Shown one piece after another: positions 29,524 to 38,727 of a stretch of DNA of 64,000 bases. The DNA comes from Bacteroidota bacterium (GTDB lineage Bacteria; Bacteroidota; Bacteroidia; Flavobacteriales_D; Sanyastnellaceae), in contig JAQCFW010000003.1 of the NCBI GenBank assembly GCA_027619225.1, positions 22,834 through 86,833 on the forward strand, written 5' to 3'. The notes below the pieces were generated by a model, which had not been told where the DNA came from, ran no database searches, and saw nothing but the letters and a program-made list of their open reading frames with translations. A program made the translations under genes and the position numbers. Each line of letters starts with the position of its first letter. Positions within the stretch are counted from its first letter, which is position 1.

Positions 29524-30279
29524 ATGAAACCCGGATCAAAAAACTTTAAACAATTTATGGCTAAGCTCTATGGATGGGGAGCGGCAGTAGTAATACTTGG
29601 AGCTTTATTTAAAATAAACCACTATCCGTTTGCAAATGAAATGCTCGTTGTAGGTCTTGGAACTGAGGCGTTGATATTCTTCTTTTCTGCGTTTGAGCCT
29701 ATCCCACATTCTGAGCCAAATTGGAGCTTGGTATACCCACAACTTGCAACAGGTGAAGAATCAAAAACAGCTGTTGCTGAATTAGACTCTCTGCTTACTG
29801 ATGCAAACATTGACTCTAAACTTCTCAAGAATTTAGGGGACGGTATGAAAAACCTTGGTGATCAAGCAAGTAAAATGAGTAATATGGCTGACGCCGCAGG
29901 AGCTACTCAGGAATTTAGCGATTCACTTGTAAAAGCCTCAAATAGGGTTGATGAAATGGCAAATACCTATGAAGGGGTTTCTAATTCATTAACCGGACTA
30001 GTAGGATCAAAAGAAGCTGGGAATTCTGCAGGAAAGAATTTAGAGCGTATGAATTCAAATCTTGATTCATTGAATGCTATGTACGAGATGCAATTACAAC
30101 AGTTAGAAGCGAATAAAGAACTTTATTCTGGAATGGGAGAGTTAGTTAAAACTCTTAACGATAGTGTAGAGGATACAAAAGCTTATAAAGAGCATATTGC
30201 TGCTCTTGCTGAAAACCTTGCTTCACTAAATACTGTTTATGGCAATATGCTCAATGCGATGGGCAATAAACGTAGCTAA
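29524..30279 (+). CDS. gldL: Gliding motility / T9SS motor protein GldL (PorL)
   Basis: The N-terminus LYGWGAAVVILGALFKINHYP...VVGLGTEALIFFFSAFEP carries two TM helices with the conserved Glu, followed by a coiled-coil cytoplasmic tail. Confidence 0.92.
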   Translation: MKPGSKNFKQFMAKLYGWGAAVVILGALFKINHYPFANEMLVVGLGTEALIFFFSAFEPIPHSEPNWSLVYPQLATGEESKTAVAELDSLLTDANIDSKLLKNLGDGMKNLGDQASKMSNMADAAGATQEFSDSLVKASNRVDEMANTYEGVSNSLTGLVGSKEAGNSAGKNLERMNSNLDSLNAMYEMQLQQLEANKELYSGMGELVKTLNDSVEDTKAYKEHIAALAENLASLNTVYGNMLNAMGNKRS

Positions 30280-30282
30280 GCC

Positions 30283-32016
30283 ATGGCAGGAGCTAAAGAG
30301 ACCCCAAGACAGAAAATGATAGGGATGATGTACCTTGTCCTTACTGCACTACTTGCGTTAAATATTTCAAAGGAAGTACTTAATGGTTTTGTGAAAGTTG
30401 AAAATAGTCTTCGAACAACTCAAGAAACTCTATCTTCAAAAATTCACGACACCTACACTTTGTTAGAATTAAAATACAATAGTAATCAGGAAAAGGTTGG
30501 TCCGTTTTACGATGAATCACAAGTCATCGTCGAAAAATCAAATACCCTTATTAAATATATAACTAAATTGAAAGCACATTGCTTGGCAACCTCTGAAGGT
30601 GATTTCGAGGAACAAGTTGCACTTGATTTTGAAAAATATTTAGGAACCGATGAATTTGGAAATGACACCGTTCTTAATATAAAGTATATAGGTAAAAAAG
30701 ATGAGTTTCAGGCATTGACAACTTATATGATTGGCGGAAAATCTCACGCACCTAAAGTTGGTGAGTGGACTGCGAATGGATTGAAACTTTCTCTTGAGGC
30801 TTATAGTGAATACCTCAAAAGTTTAGATGTCACCGATATTAATGGAGTTAGACGAACTATATCTGCAAATTTTCTTAAATCATTGGATGAAAGGTTTTCA
30901 TTCGAGAAGGAAATTGAAGATGGAAAAGAGATCCTGTGGGAAGCTGCTAATTTTTATGATGTACCATTGGCCGCTGTGATTCCACTAATGTCAAAGATGA
31001 TTATTGATGTTCAGGATGCTGAAGAAGATGCTCTTTCTTGGTTATTAGGTGCAATTGAGTCTAAGAGTTTAAAATTCTCTGAGGTAATGCCTCTGACTAT
31101 ACCGTTATCAAATTATATTCTTAGAGGCGATACTGTGAGGGCAAGTATTTTTCTTGCTGCCTTTGACAGAACAAAAAAGCCAGAAGTTTACATAGACCCA
31201 AATAAGTGGGACGGTAAAGACTCTACTGATTTAGATTATGTAGGCCTAGGTATTGAACCATTAGCGGTCAATGAGCAAGGTCAAGGACTTTTAGCGATGT
31301 CATCAAAAGGAATGACACTGGGACAATATCAATATAAAGGAGTAATTAGGTATCAGGGGGCTGAAGGAGATATGCAATCTCTACAATTCTTTACGCCTAC
31401 ATTTACGATTGCAGAAGCCGCGCTTGTAGTCTCTCCAACAAAAATGAATGTATTCTATAGAGGAGTACCTAACCCAGTAGAAATAAGTGTCCCTGGTGTC
31501 GCTAACAATAAACTTCGAGTTAGTATATCTAACGGGCATAGTATTAAAAAGCAACAAGACGGAACCTATATCGTTGATCCTGCAACATCTACTGCAAATA
31601 AGGAAGCTGTAATTTCAGTTATGGGGGAAATGGCCGATGGATCGATTAATAATCTTGGAAGTTCTAATTTTAGGGTAAAGCGAATCCCTGACCCTGTTCC
31701 TTTTTGGGCTGGTAAAATGCCTTCCGATAGAACGATTACCAAGAATGAAGTACTCTCATTTGCTCCACTTGCAGGCAAGATGGATAATTTTGATTTTGAT
31801 GTTAAAGTCCTTGTTAAGAGCTTCACGATACGCCTAAGTAAGGATGGCACCTTCAAAGAGCTAAATTCTCCTAATAATAGAATAACTTCAGACATGAAGG
31901 CTCTGTTAAATCGAGTGAAAAGAGGCGATACTATATACTTTGAAGATATCATTGTAGGTATGCCTGACGGAACTGAACGTATGGTTGCATCTTTAAAACT
32001 TAAAATAACCAGCTAA
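30283..32016 (+). CDS. gldM: Gliding motility / T9SS protein GldM (PorM)
   Basis: The N-terminus ETPRQKMIGMMYLVLTALLALNISKEVLNGF is the conserved GldM TM segment. It is 577 aa and starts 4 nt after gldL. Confidence 0.92.
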   Translation: MAGAKETPRQKMIGMMYLVLTALLALNISKEVLNGFVKVENSLRTTQETLSSKIHDTYTLLELKYNSNQEKVGPFYDESQVIVEKSNTLIKYITKLKAHCLATSEGDFEEQVALDFEKYLGTDEFGNDTVLNIKYIGKKDEFQALTTYMIGGKSHAPKVGEWTANGLKLSLEAYSEYLKSLDVTDINGVRRTISANFLKSLDERFSFEKEIEDGKEILWEAANFYDVPLAAVIPLMSKMIIDVQDAEEDALSWLLGAIESKSLKFSEVMPLTIPLSNYILRGDTVRASIFLAAFDRTKKPEVYIDPNKWDGKDSTDLDYVGLGIEPLAVNEQGQGLLAMSSKGMTLGQYQYKGVIRYQGAEGDMQSLQFFTPTFTIAEAALVVSPTKMNVFYRGVPNPVEISVPGVANNKLRVSISNGHSIKKQQDGTYIVDPATSTANKEAVISVMGEMADGSINNLGSSNFRVKRIPDPVPFWAGKMPSDRTITKNEVLSFAPLAGKMDNFDFDVKVLVKSFTIRLSKDGTFKELNSPNNRITSDMKALLNRVKRGDTIYFEDIIVGMPDGTERMVASLKLKITS

Positions 32017-32027
32017 ATAATATAATA

Positions 32028-32885
32028 ATGAGTAATTTATTTAAGTACACATTACTGGCTATCGCTCTTATTACTCTTTCAATGGAGGGTAATGCTCAAG
32101 TACAAAACGTCCTTGACGGTGCGTATGTTAAGGAAACTAACCTGACTAAAAGGGTAATTCCCTACCCATATTTACGTGAAGCAGACGTAATGTACTTCAA
32201 ACGTATTTGGCAAGAAATGGACTTGAAACAAAAGATTAATCATCCATACTACTACCCTGTTGACCCTATTGAAGACAGAAGTAATTTATTTGATGTGATT
32301 CGCGACGGCTTACTCATTGAAGGATCATTGGTAGCTTACAGTACTGGGGCTATTGGTGATGAGGATGAATTTACTATACCCTTGTCACCTGACAGTATAC
32401 GTAGTATTTTAAACCCTATTGAACGAATTGATGATTGGGACGAGTTTGGTGAAAAGATCGGATTTAAGGAAATTATAACTCCAATTGAATCTGATAAAAT
32501 TACTCGTTATCGTTTGAAAGAAGATTGGATTTGGGACAGGCAACGTAGCGAGCGGTATGTTAGAATTATTGGTATAGCCCCTATGATTGAAGATTATGAT
32601 AATGATGGCGAAAGCATTGGGTTCGCTCCATTGTTTTGGTTATACTACCCGGAATGTAGGTACGTGTTTGCCAATGCGGATGTTTTTAACCTATTCAATG
32701 ATGCTCAGCGAAGAACCTATGAGGATTTATTCCAAAAGCGTTATTTCTCAAGCTATATTGTAAAGGAAGCCAATGTTTATGATAGAAGTATTGTTGAATT
32801 TGCTCGTGGAATGGATGCTTTAGCTGAGTCTGAAAGAATAAAGGAAGAATTGTTCAATTTAGAACATGATCTTTGGCATTACTAA
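32028..32885 (+). CDS. gldN: Gliding motility / T9SS protein GldN (PorN)
   Basis: 285 aa with a signal peptide, lying 12 nt after gldM. Its size and its position as the fourth gene of the gldKLMN unit support the call. It is followed by a strong terminator. Confidence 0.85.
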   Translation: MSNLFKYTLLAIALITLSMEGNAQVQNVLDGAYVKETNLTKRVIPYPYLREADVMYFKRIWQEMDLKQKINHPYYYPVDPIEDRSNLFDVIRDGLLIEGSLVAYSTGAIGDEDEFTIPLSPDSIRSILNPIERIDDWDEFGEKIGFKEIITPIESDKITRYRLKEDWIWDRQRSERYVRIIGIAPMIEDYDNDGESIGFAPLFWLYYPECRYVFANADVFNLFNDAQRRTYEDLFQKRYFSSYIVKEANVYDRSIVEFARGMDALAESERIKEELFNLEHDLWHY

Positions 32886-32910
32886 AAAGTAAAAAATTTG
32901 ACATCTTAAA

Positions 32911-32944
32911 GCGGGAGGCCTTGTGGGCTTCCCGCTTTTTATTT
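32911..32944 (+). terminator. Rho-independent terminator after gldN
   Basis: GCGGGAGGCC-TTGTG-GGCTTCCCGC forms a 10-bp stem with one G-U pair and a 5-nt loop, followed by TTTTTATTT. Confidence 0.85.
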
Positions 32945-32961
32945 AAGACCTTTGTAAGCGA

Positions 32962-34941
32962 ATGCTAACTGTAACACAACTTGGAGTACACTTCGGTGAC
33001 AGAACTTTATTTGAAGGGCTTAATCTATTTATTGGGAAAAGAGAGCGTATTGGATTGGTTGGACGCAATGGTGCTGGAAAGTCTACACTAATGCACATAC
33101 TTGCAGGAATTAACGTTCCTTCAGAGGGTACTGTAAGTTACCCCAACGATTATATGATTGGGTACTTGCCACAAGAGATGGATCACAACGAATTATCAAC
33201 CGTTTTTGATGAATCTGCCAGTGCTTTTGCTGAAATTAAAAAACTTGAGGAGCGTATTGTTGAAATTACGAATGAAATTTCTACAAGGTTAGATTATGAA
33301 AGCACTGAATACTCTCGTTTAATTGACGAATTAACCGAGTCCAATCAAAGGCTTGATATTATTGGGGCTGGTAATCTTGAGGAAAAAATTCAGAGAATTC
33401 TTCAAGGTCTGGGCTTTAAACCCGAAGACTTGGAAAGAAAAATGAGTGAATTTAGTGGTGGATGGAAAATGAGAGTTGAATTGGCTAAGCTTCTTCTTAC
33501 AAACCCCAATCTGTTACTTTTAGATGAGCCGACTAACCACCTCGATATAGAAAGTATTGAATGGCTTGAAGGTTTTTTAAAGAATTATTCAGGTGCCATT
33601 CTGCTTATTTCTCACGACAGGATGTTTCTCGATAATTTAACTGAACGCACAATAGAAATCAGTCCTTTTAGGTTATACGACTTTAAAGCTCCATACACTA
33701 AATATCAGATTTGGCGAGAGGAGGAACGGGATAGACAACTACAAGCACAGAAAAATCAGAAAAAATATATTGAAGAGACACAAGTACTGATTAATAAATT
33801 TCGAGCGAAGAAAAACAAAGCGGCATTTGCTCAATCTTTAATAAAGAAACTGGATAAGCTTGAGATAGTTGACGTTGATGCTGCTGATAATGCAAAGATA
33901 AAATTTAGATTCCCTCCTGCGCCACGAACTGGCAAGGTGATCTTTGATGCAAAAGGGTTGGGCAAATCATTTAACGAACTGAATGTATTCAAGGGGTTAG
34001 AATTTATGATGGCACGTAGGGATAAGGTTGCATTTGTGGGGAAGAATGGTGCAGGTAAAACGACTTTAACCAGGATACTTTTAGACCTAGAATCATTTGA
34101 CGGAGAATTAATCAAAGGCCACAATGTAGATATCGGATATTATGCTCAAAATCAAGCTGAGGAGCTAGATGGTAAAATAACAGTATTACAAACACTTGAA
34201 GCAGAGGTGACGATTGAGAGCAAGGTAAATCTAAGGTCAATGTTAGGTTCCTTCCTCTTTTCTGGAGAAGATGTAGATAAAAAAGTAAGCGTGTTAAGTG
34301 GAGGTGAAAAAGCACGGCTAGCACTTTGCAAGCTATTGCTTCATCCTTACAATGTTCTTATACTAGACGAGCCTACTAACCACTTAGATTTAAAGTCTAA
34401 AACAGTACTGAAGGATGCACTCGAAAACTTTGACGGATCATTGATTGTGGTATCCCACGACAGGGACTTCCTTTCAGGACTGACAGAGTTTGTCTACGAA
34501 GTTACCCCTACTGGGCTAAGACAATATATCGGAGATATTAAAATATTTTTACATGCCAAGCACGCAGAGAGTATTGGAGCATACGAAGCGTCTAAAACTG
34601 GCGAGAGGGTCATCGGAAAAGGGAAAAATAGCAAATTAGAAAATAATTCTAAAAAGTCTGATTCTACTATTAAGATTGATTATAAAAAGAAAAAAGAGCT
34701 TGAAAAGGCAATTAAAAAAGTAGATAAAAAGATAAATAGATTAGAGAAGTCCGTTGCCGAAGCTGAAAAAGAGTTAGAGCTCAAGAATCAAGTGATTTCC
34801 GAAGTTGATTCAGCTGACATGAAGCTTATGACTAACTTGTCATACGAATTTGAAGAAATTCAAAAAAGGCACGACAGCTTTATCATGGAATGGGAAAATG
34901 CTCTGATTTTAAAAGAGGAATTAGAAGATCAATTATCGTAA
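32962..34941 (+). CDS. ABC-F family ATPase (two ABC cassettes, no TM domain) with a C-terminal coiled-coil tail
   Basis: Two Walker A motifs (GRNGAGKST, GKNGAGKTT), two signatures (FSGGWKMR, LSGGEKAR) and two Walker B motifs (LLLDEPTNHLD, LILDEPTNHLD), then a Lys/Glu-rich C-terminus. Confidence 0.92.
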   Translation: MLTVTQLGVHFGDRTLFEGLNLFIGKRERIGLVGRNGAGKSTLMHILAGINVPSEGTVSYPNDYMIGYLPQEMDHNELSTVFDESASAFAEIKKLEERIVEITNEISTRLDYESTEYSRLIDELTESNQRLDIIGAGNLEEKIQRILQGLGFKPEDLERKMSEFSGGWKMRVELAKLLLTNPNLLLLDEPTNHLDIESIEWLEGFLKNYSGAILLISHDRMFLDNLTERTIEISPFRLYDFKAPYTKYQIWREEERDRQLQAQKNQKKYIEETQVLINKFRAKKNKAAFAQSLIKKLDKLEIVDVDAADNAKIKFRFPPAPRTGKVIFDAKGLGKSFNELNVFKGLEFMMARRDKVAFVGKNGAGKTTLTRILLDLESFDGELIKGHNVDIGYYAQNQAEELDGKITVLQTLEAEVTIESKVNLRSMLGSFLFSGEDVDKKVSVLSGGEKARLALCKLLLHPYNVLILDEPTNHLDLKSKTVLKDALENFDGSLIVVSHDRDFLSGLTEFVYEVTPTGLRQYIGDIKIFLHAKHAESIGAYEASKTGERVIGKGKNSKLENNSKKSDSTIKIDYKKKKELEKAIKKVDKKINRLEKSVAEAEKELELKNQVISEVDSADMKLMTNLSYEFEEIQKRHDSFIMEWENALILKEELEDQLS

Positions 34942-34946
34942 TTACT

Positions 34947-35990
34947 TTACTTAGCGATACCCTCTAAATATATTTTCCACTTTTCAATAATTTCCTGCAT
35001 ATCGCTGGGCACTTCAGATTCAAAGGAAACGAATTTTTTCGTTTTAGGGTGTGTAAAACCTAGGGTTTTAGCATGTAGAGCTTGACGCGTCAGTATGCTG
35101 AAACAGTTTCTTAAAAATGAATTGTATTTACCTCCTGGCGATCCCTTTACAGGGACATTTCCTCCATATCTAGGATCACCAAATAATGGATGTCCTATGT
35201 ATTGCATATGTACACGAATTTGGTGCGTACGTCCTGTCTCAAGTTTACATTCAACTAAAGTGACTGGGCCTAAGCGCTCTAAAACTCTGTAATGAGTTAC
35301 TGCATGCTTTCCTTCTTCTCCATCAGGAAAAACTGCCTGGACTGTTCTGTTACTTCTTGAACGTCCTACATGCCCTTCAACTGTGCCATCTTCAGAAACA
35401 TCACCCCAAACCAACGCGTGATAACGTCTTTCTACTGTTCGTTCAAAGAACTGCTCACTTAACTCGGTTAGAGATCTCTCAGTCTTACCTAAAACCATCA
35501 GTCCAGTAGTATCCTTATCTAACCTGTGGACCAATCCTGGACGTGGGGTTGGAGACCCCTCAACAGAGGGAATGTTTTGCAAGTGGTGTAAAATTCCATT
35601 TACAAGAGTTCCTGTGTAATTTCCGTGACCTGGGTGGACAACTAAGTCAGATCTTTTATTTAAAACTATGACAGTGTCATCTTCATAAATAATATTTAGA
35701 TCCATTTTTTCTGCAACAAGTTCGAACTCATATACAGGTTGTGGAAGTTCTACAGTAATTACTTGATTCGGTCGAACTTTAAAGTTAGATTTAACCGAAT
35801 TGCCATCCACTCTGATATAACCAGAATTTGCAGCCATTTGAAGCTTATTGCGAGAAATATTCGCAATTCTGGTCATGAGAAATTTATCAACTCTAAGAGG
35901 TTGTTGTCCTGGATCAGCTTCAATTCTATGGTGCTCAAAAAGCTCCTCAGGCTCATCTAAAATATCCTCTATGTTTACTTCTTCACTCAT
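34947..35990 (-). CDS. rluD: 23S rRNA pseudouridine synthase, RluD subfamily
   Basis: S4 domain (RVDKFL...ISRNKLQ), catalytic HRLDKDTTGLMV and the later TGRTHQIRVH. Confidence 0.9.
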   Translation of the reverse strand: MSEEVNIEDILDEPEELFEHHRIEADPGQQPLRVDKFLMTRIANISRNKLQMAANSGYIRVDGNSVKSNFKVRPNQVITVELPQPVYEFELVAEKMDLNIIYEDDTVIVLNKRSDLVVHPGHGNYTGTLVNGILHHLQNIPSVEGSPTPRPGLVHRLDKDTTGLMVLGKTERSLTELSEQFFERTVERRYHALVWGDVSEDGTVEGHVGRSRSNRTVQAVFPDGEEGKHAVTHYRVLERLGPVTLVECKLETGRTHQIRVHMQYIGHPLFGDPRYGGNVPVKGSPGGKYNSFLRNCFSILTRQALHAKTLGFTHPKTKKFVSFESEVPSDMQEIIEKWKIYLEGIAK

Positions 35991-37933
35991 TAGTGGGGTA
36001 AAATTACTAAGCGTTTACAAGAATTTGAAACACTACGCGTACTACTCATATTCACAAAATATATACCTGGTGAAAAATCCGATGTGTTAAAAGTTACAAC
36101 GCAAGCTCTATCAACCTTACCATCTAAAACAAGATCTCCATTTAACGAAAATACAGACCAAATAAGAGCTTCATGCGCCTTGAAGGAGACAATTGAAGAT
36201 GTAGGATTGGGATAAAGGTTAGAAGAAATGTCATTCACCGTGAATTCTTCCACTTCTTGTGGGATTTCTGGCGCATCTTTTCCTGCTCTTAGAACTGGAT
36301 GTATCATCACAGATCCTTGAATTTCTGAGGAAAGCCATTCGGCACTTGAGCCTAATTTGTAATGAAGGTTGCCTGCATTTGCATTGGTGTTTTTATCAAG
36401 TCCAATGTTAAGATGCTCTACATTTTGTTGAATAAAACCAACGTGAATGATCCCACTAACCGGTATGGGATGATCACATGAGTAATAAGCGAACTTATCA
36501 TGACCATCCGTGAAATAAAGAGGAGAATTGAATTGGTACATTGTATCTATTTGTTCACCAGGAGTACCCGCATCATCCGCCCAAACTTTAATTACAAATG
36601 TTTCTAACTCAGCATTGTCATAAAATGGCGTAAAGTGAATTTTTATTCCATCTAAGGTGTCAGCTATGGCAAGTGGATAGCGTACTGCCAATTGTCCACC
36701 CACAGATTCAAGGGAATAAGCCTTTTCAGCAGAACCGTCATCGTAAGCGTAATAGTTATCGAAAACTTGAGTAAATCCAATACTGTCATTGTCATAGACG
36801 GCAGATTGGTTGGTATAATAACCAACCTCCTCTTCCCACAAAGACACATTAAAAGTAGCTGTGGTATCAGAAGCAAGTGGATCGTAAAGTACGGATGCCG
36901 TTACGCCAGTCATGTCAAGTAAAGTAGACAAGTATTCTGTAGAAAATGGTCCAATAGGCACACTAACATTTTGAATAAACTCATTATTATACATTGTAGG
37001 CGCATCCTCACCTACCTGAATTTTAATCCCTGTATTTTCCTGATTATTTGCCGTCGTACCAAAGTTGGTATGGGCAACATGCAAAGTATCTCTCATGTGG
37101 AATTCTGGATTGTCCTTGTAATGAGTCCAAGGCATAGCAGAGAAATTCCTCAGCAAAGTATACGCAGGATATAAGAATGCCAATTCTTCTTGTGGATTTC
37201 CTATTGATCCATTTTCGGCAACAAAAACGTAATCTATATGCCACAAATCTGCATTCCCCTCTTGAGTTCCATAATTACGAAACCTAAATTGGAAAGAATT
37301 ATGAAGGTAAATTCCATCATAAATCGGAATAACAACTTGAATGAATTCGTCTGTTGTTATCGTGTCATTAGACCAAACCCGTGTCCAAATATCGCCTTCA
37401 AATCCAATTGACTTAAACTCAACAATAAGACTATCCTCTCCTAAATCAGGTGCATTTCCTATGCCACCTCCTTCAAACCAAAAAGACAAGTTTACATTGT
37501 TATCAGCTGTCATTCCACCTAATAAAATTTTTCTTGAAGTTAGAGTATCATTCCAATCATGTGGATCACTGCTATTAAACGCATAAGGGTATCCACCACC
37601 ATCTAACCCGTCAAGTGTAGCAACGCCAATTGTGGGAGGGCTTATTGCAAATGTAGAAGTCCTTCTCACAGGGCTTGAATCCCATCTAACTAACTCAGGT
37701 CTATCGAAGCCTGATTCCTCAAAAGAGCTTGGCCACGCAAAATCATCTAAGAAAGGAAGCCCCATAGGCGCGCTACCACCACCCCGTGAGTTGACTTCAG
37801 AAATAATTCTCTCGTCATGATTAAGGTCAATGAATTGCAAATCTCGTTCTAATTCTTGAGAGAAAATACCTGTAGCTGAAAAAGCGAAAATTAAGGTAAT
37901 TATAAAACAATATGCTGGAGATGTTCTGGTCAT
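35990..37933 (-). CDS. Secreted protein of unknown function with a type A T9SS C-terminal sorting domain
   Basis: 647 aa with a signal peptide (IITLIFAFSATGIFSQE). The C-terminal ~80 aa are NLYPNPTSSIVSF...WSVFSLNGDLVL...FSPGIYFVNMSS...KRLVI. I recognise no catalytic motif in the body. Confidence 0.75.
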   Translation of the reverse strand: MTRTSPAYCFIITLIFAFSATGIFSQELERDLQFIDLNHDERIISEVNSRGGGSAPMGLPFLDDFAWPSSFEESGFDRPELVRWDSSPVRRTSTFAISPPTIGVATLDGLDGGGYPYAFNSSDPHDWNDTLTSRKILLGGMTADNNVNLSFWFEGGGIGNAPDLGEDSLIVEFKSIGFEGDIWTRVWSNDTITTDEFIQVVIPIYDGIYLHNSFQFRFRNYGTQEGNADLWHIDYVFVAENGSIGNPQEELAFLYPAYTLLRNFSAMPWTHYKDNPEFHMRDTLHVAHTNFGTTANNQENTGIKIQVGEDAPTMYNNEFIQNVSVPIGPFSTEYLSTLLDMTGVTASVLYDPLASDTTATFNVSLWEEEVGYYTNQSAVYDNDSIGFTQVFDNYYAYDDGSAEKAYSLESVGGQLAVRYPLAIADTLDGIKIHFTPFYDNAELETFVIKVWADDAGTPGEQIDTMYQFNSPLYFTDGHDKFAYYSCDHPIPVSGIIHVGFIQQNVEHLNIGLDKNTNANAGNLHYKLGSSAEWLSSEIQGSVMIHPVLRAGKDAPEIPQEVEEFTVNDISSNLYPNPTSSIVSFKAHEALIWSVFSLNGDLVLDGKVDRACVVTFNTSDFSPGIYFVNMSSTRSVSNSCKRLVILPH

Positions 37934-37947
37934 AATTAGCCTTGTTT

Positions 37948-38709
37948 TCAGTTTTTAAGAATTACGTCGATGGACGTTCCAGCTTTAACCCTCCCTCTAG
38001 ATGAAGATGGAAACTGGCGAAATACTCTTGCATTTGTTGTATCACTATCTGTTATCACGGAATCGGAATACTCAACATAACCTAATGAAAGAGATGACTC
38101 CGTCAATTTAGACGATGTTTCAGATAAAGACAACCCTAATAAATACGGTATTCTTACTTTAACAAGAGAAGACTTGCCTATAACTAAAACAATCTGAGCC
38201 CCTCTAACTCTTCTATCATCTGATGACAAAGGAAATCCCTTTGACTCAACTCTTACAACTTTTCCTTCGAGTATAATGTTAGGCTCCTCACGTACCTGAA
38301 CGATAAAACCTTTGCGTTCTAAAATTATTTTTGCTAAAATTGCATCTTGTCCTTCATAAACAGAAATAGATTCAGAAGGAGGTTTTATTCTAAATGTTGT
38401 CAGGTAAACAGGTCTTCCACTTTTGACTAAACTCCCCTCTTTAGGCGTTTGTTCTAGTATTGAGCCTGGAACTGCAGAGACACTATAAACAGAGTCAAGA
38501 TGAATTGCTTCAAGTTCCAATTCAGCTAGTATAGCAAAGGCAGAGTCCAATGATAAATGAAGGAGATTGGGTACAGAGCGCTCTGACCAAGGCCTACTAT
38601 TTAGCTGTAAAGAAAGCATGCTCATACTAATTAGAACTACCCAAGCAACACCTATACTCACTATCGTGAGTATAAAAGCTTTACTAAATAAGAAGTTCCT
38701 TAATTTCAT
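37948..38709 (-). CDS. Membrane-anchored stand-alone PASTA-domain protein (three PASTA repeats)
   Basis: N-terminal TM helix, then three ~65-aa repeats that begin VPNLLHLSLDSA, VYEGQDAILAKIILERKGF and IPYLLGLSLSETSSKL and each end in a KxG..V.L-type strand. Confidence 0.7.
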   Translation of the reverse strand: MKLRNFLFSKAFILTIVSIGVAWVVLISMSMLSLQLNSRPWSERSVPNLLHLSLDSAFAILAELELEAIHLDSVYSVSAVPGSILEQTPKEGSLVKSGRPVYLTTFRIKPPSESISVYEGQDAILAKIILERKGFIVQVREEPNIILEGKVVRVESKGFPLSSDDRRVRGAQIVLVIGKSSLVKVRIPYLLGLSLSETSSKLTESSLSLGYVEYSDSVITDSDTTNARVFRQFPSSSRGRVKAGTSIDVILKN

Positions 38710-38727
38710 GCTTCAATAATAAAAGGT

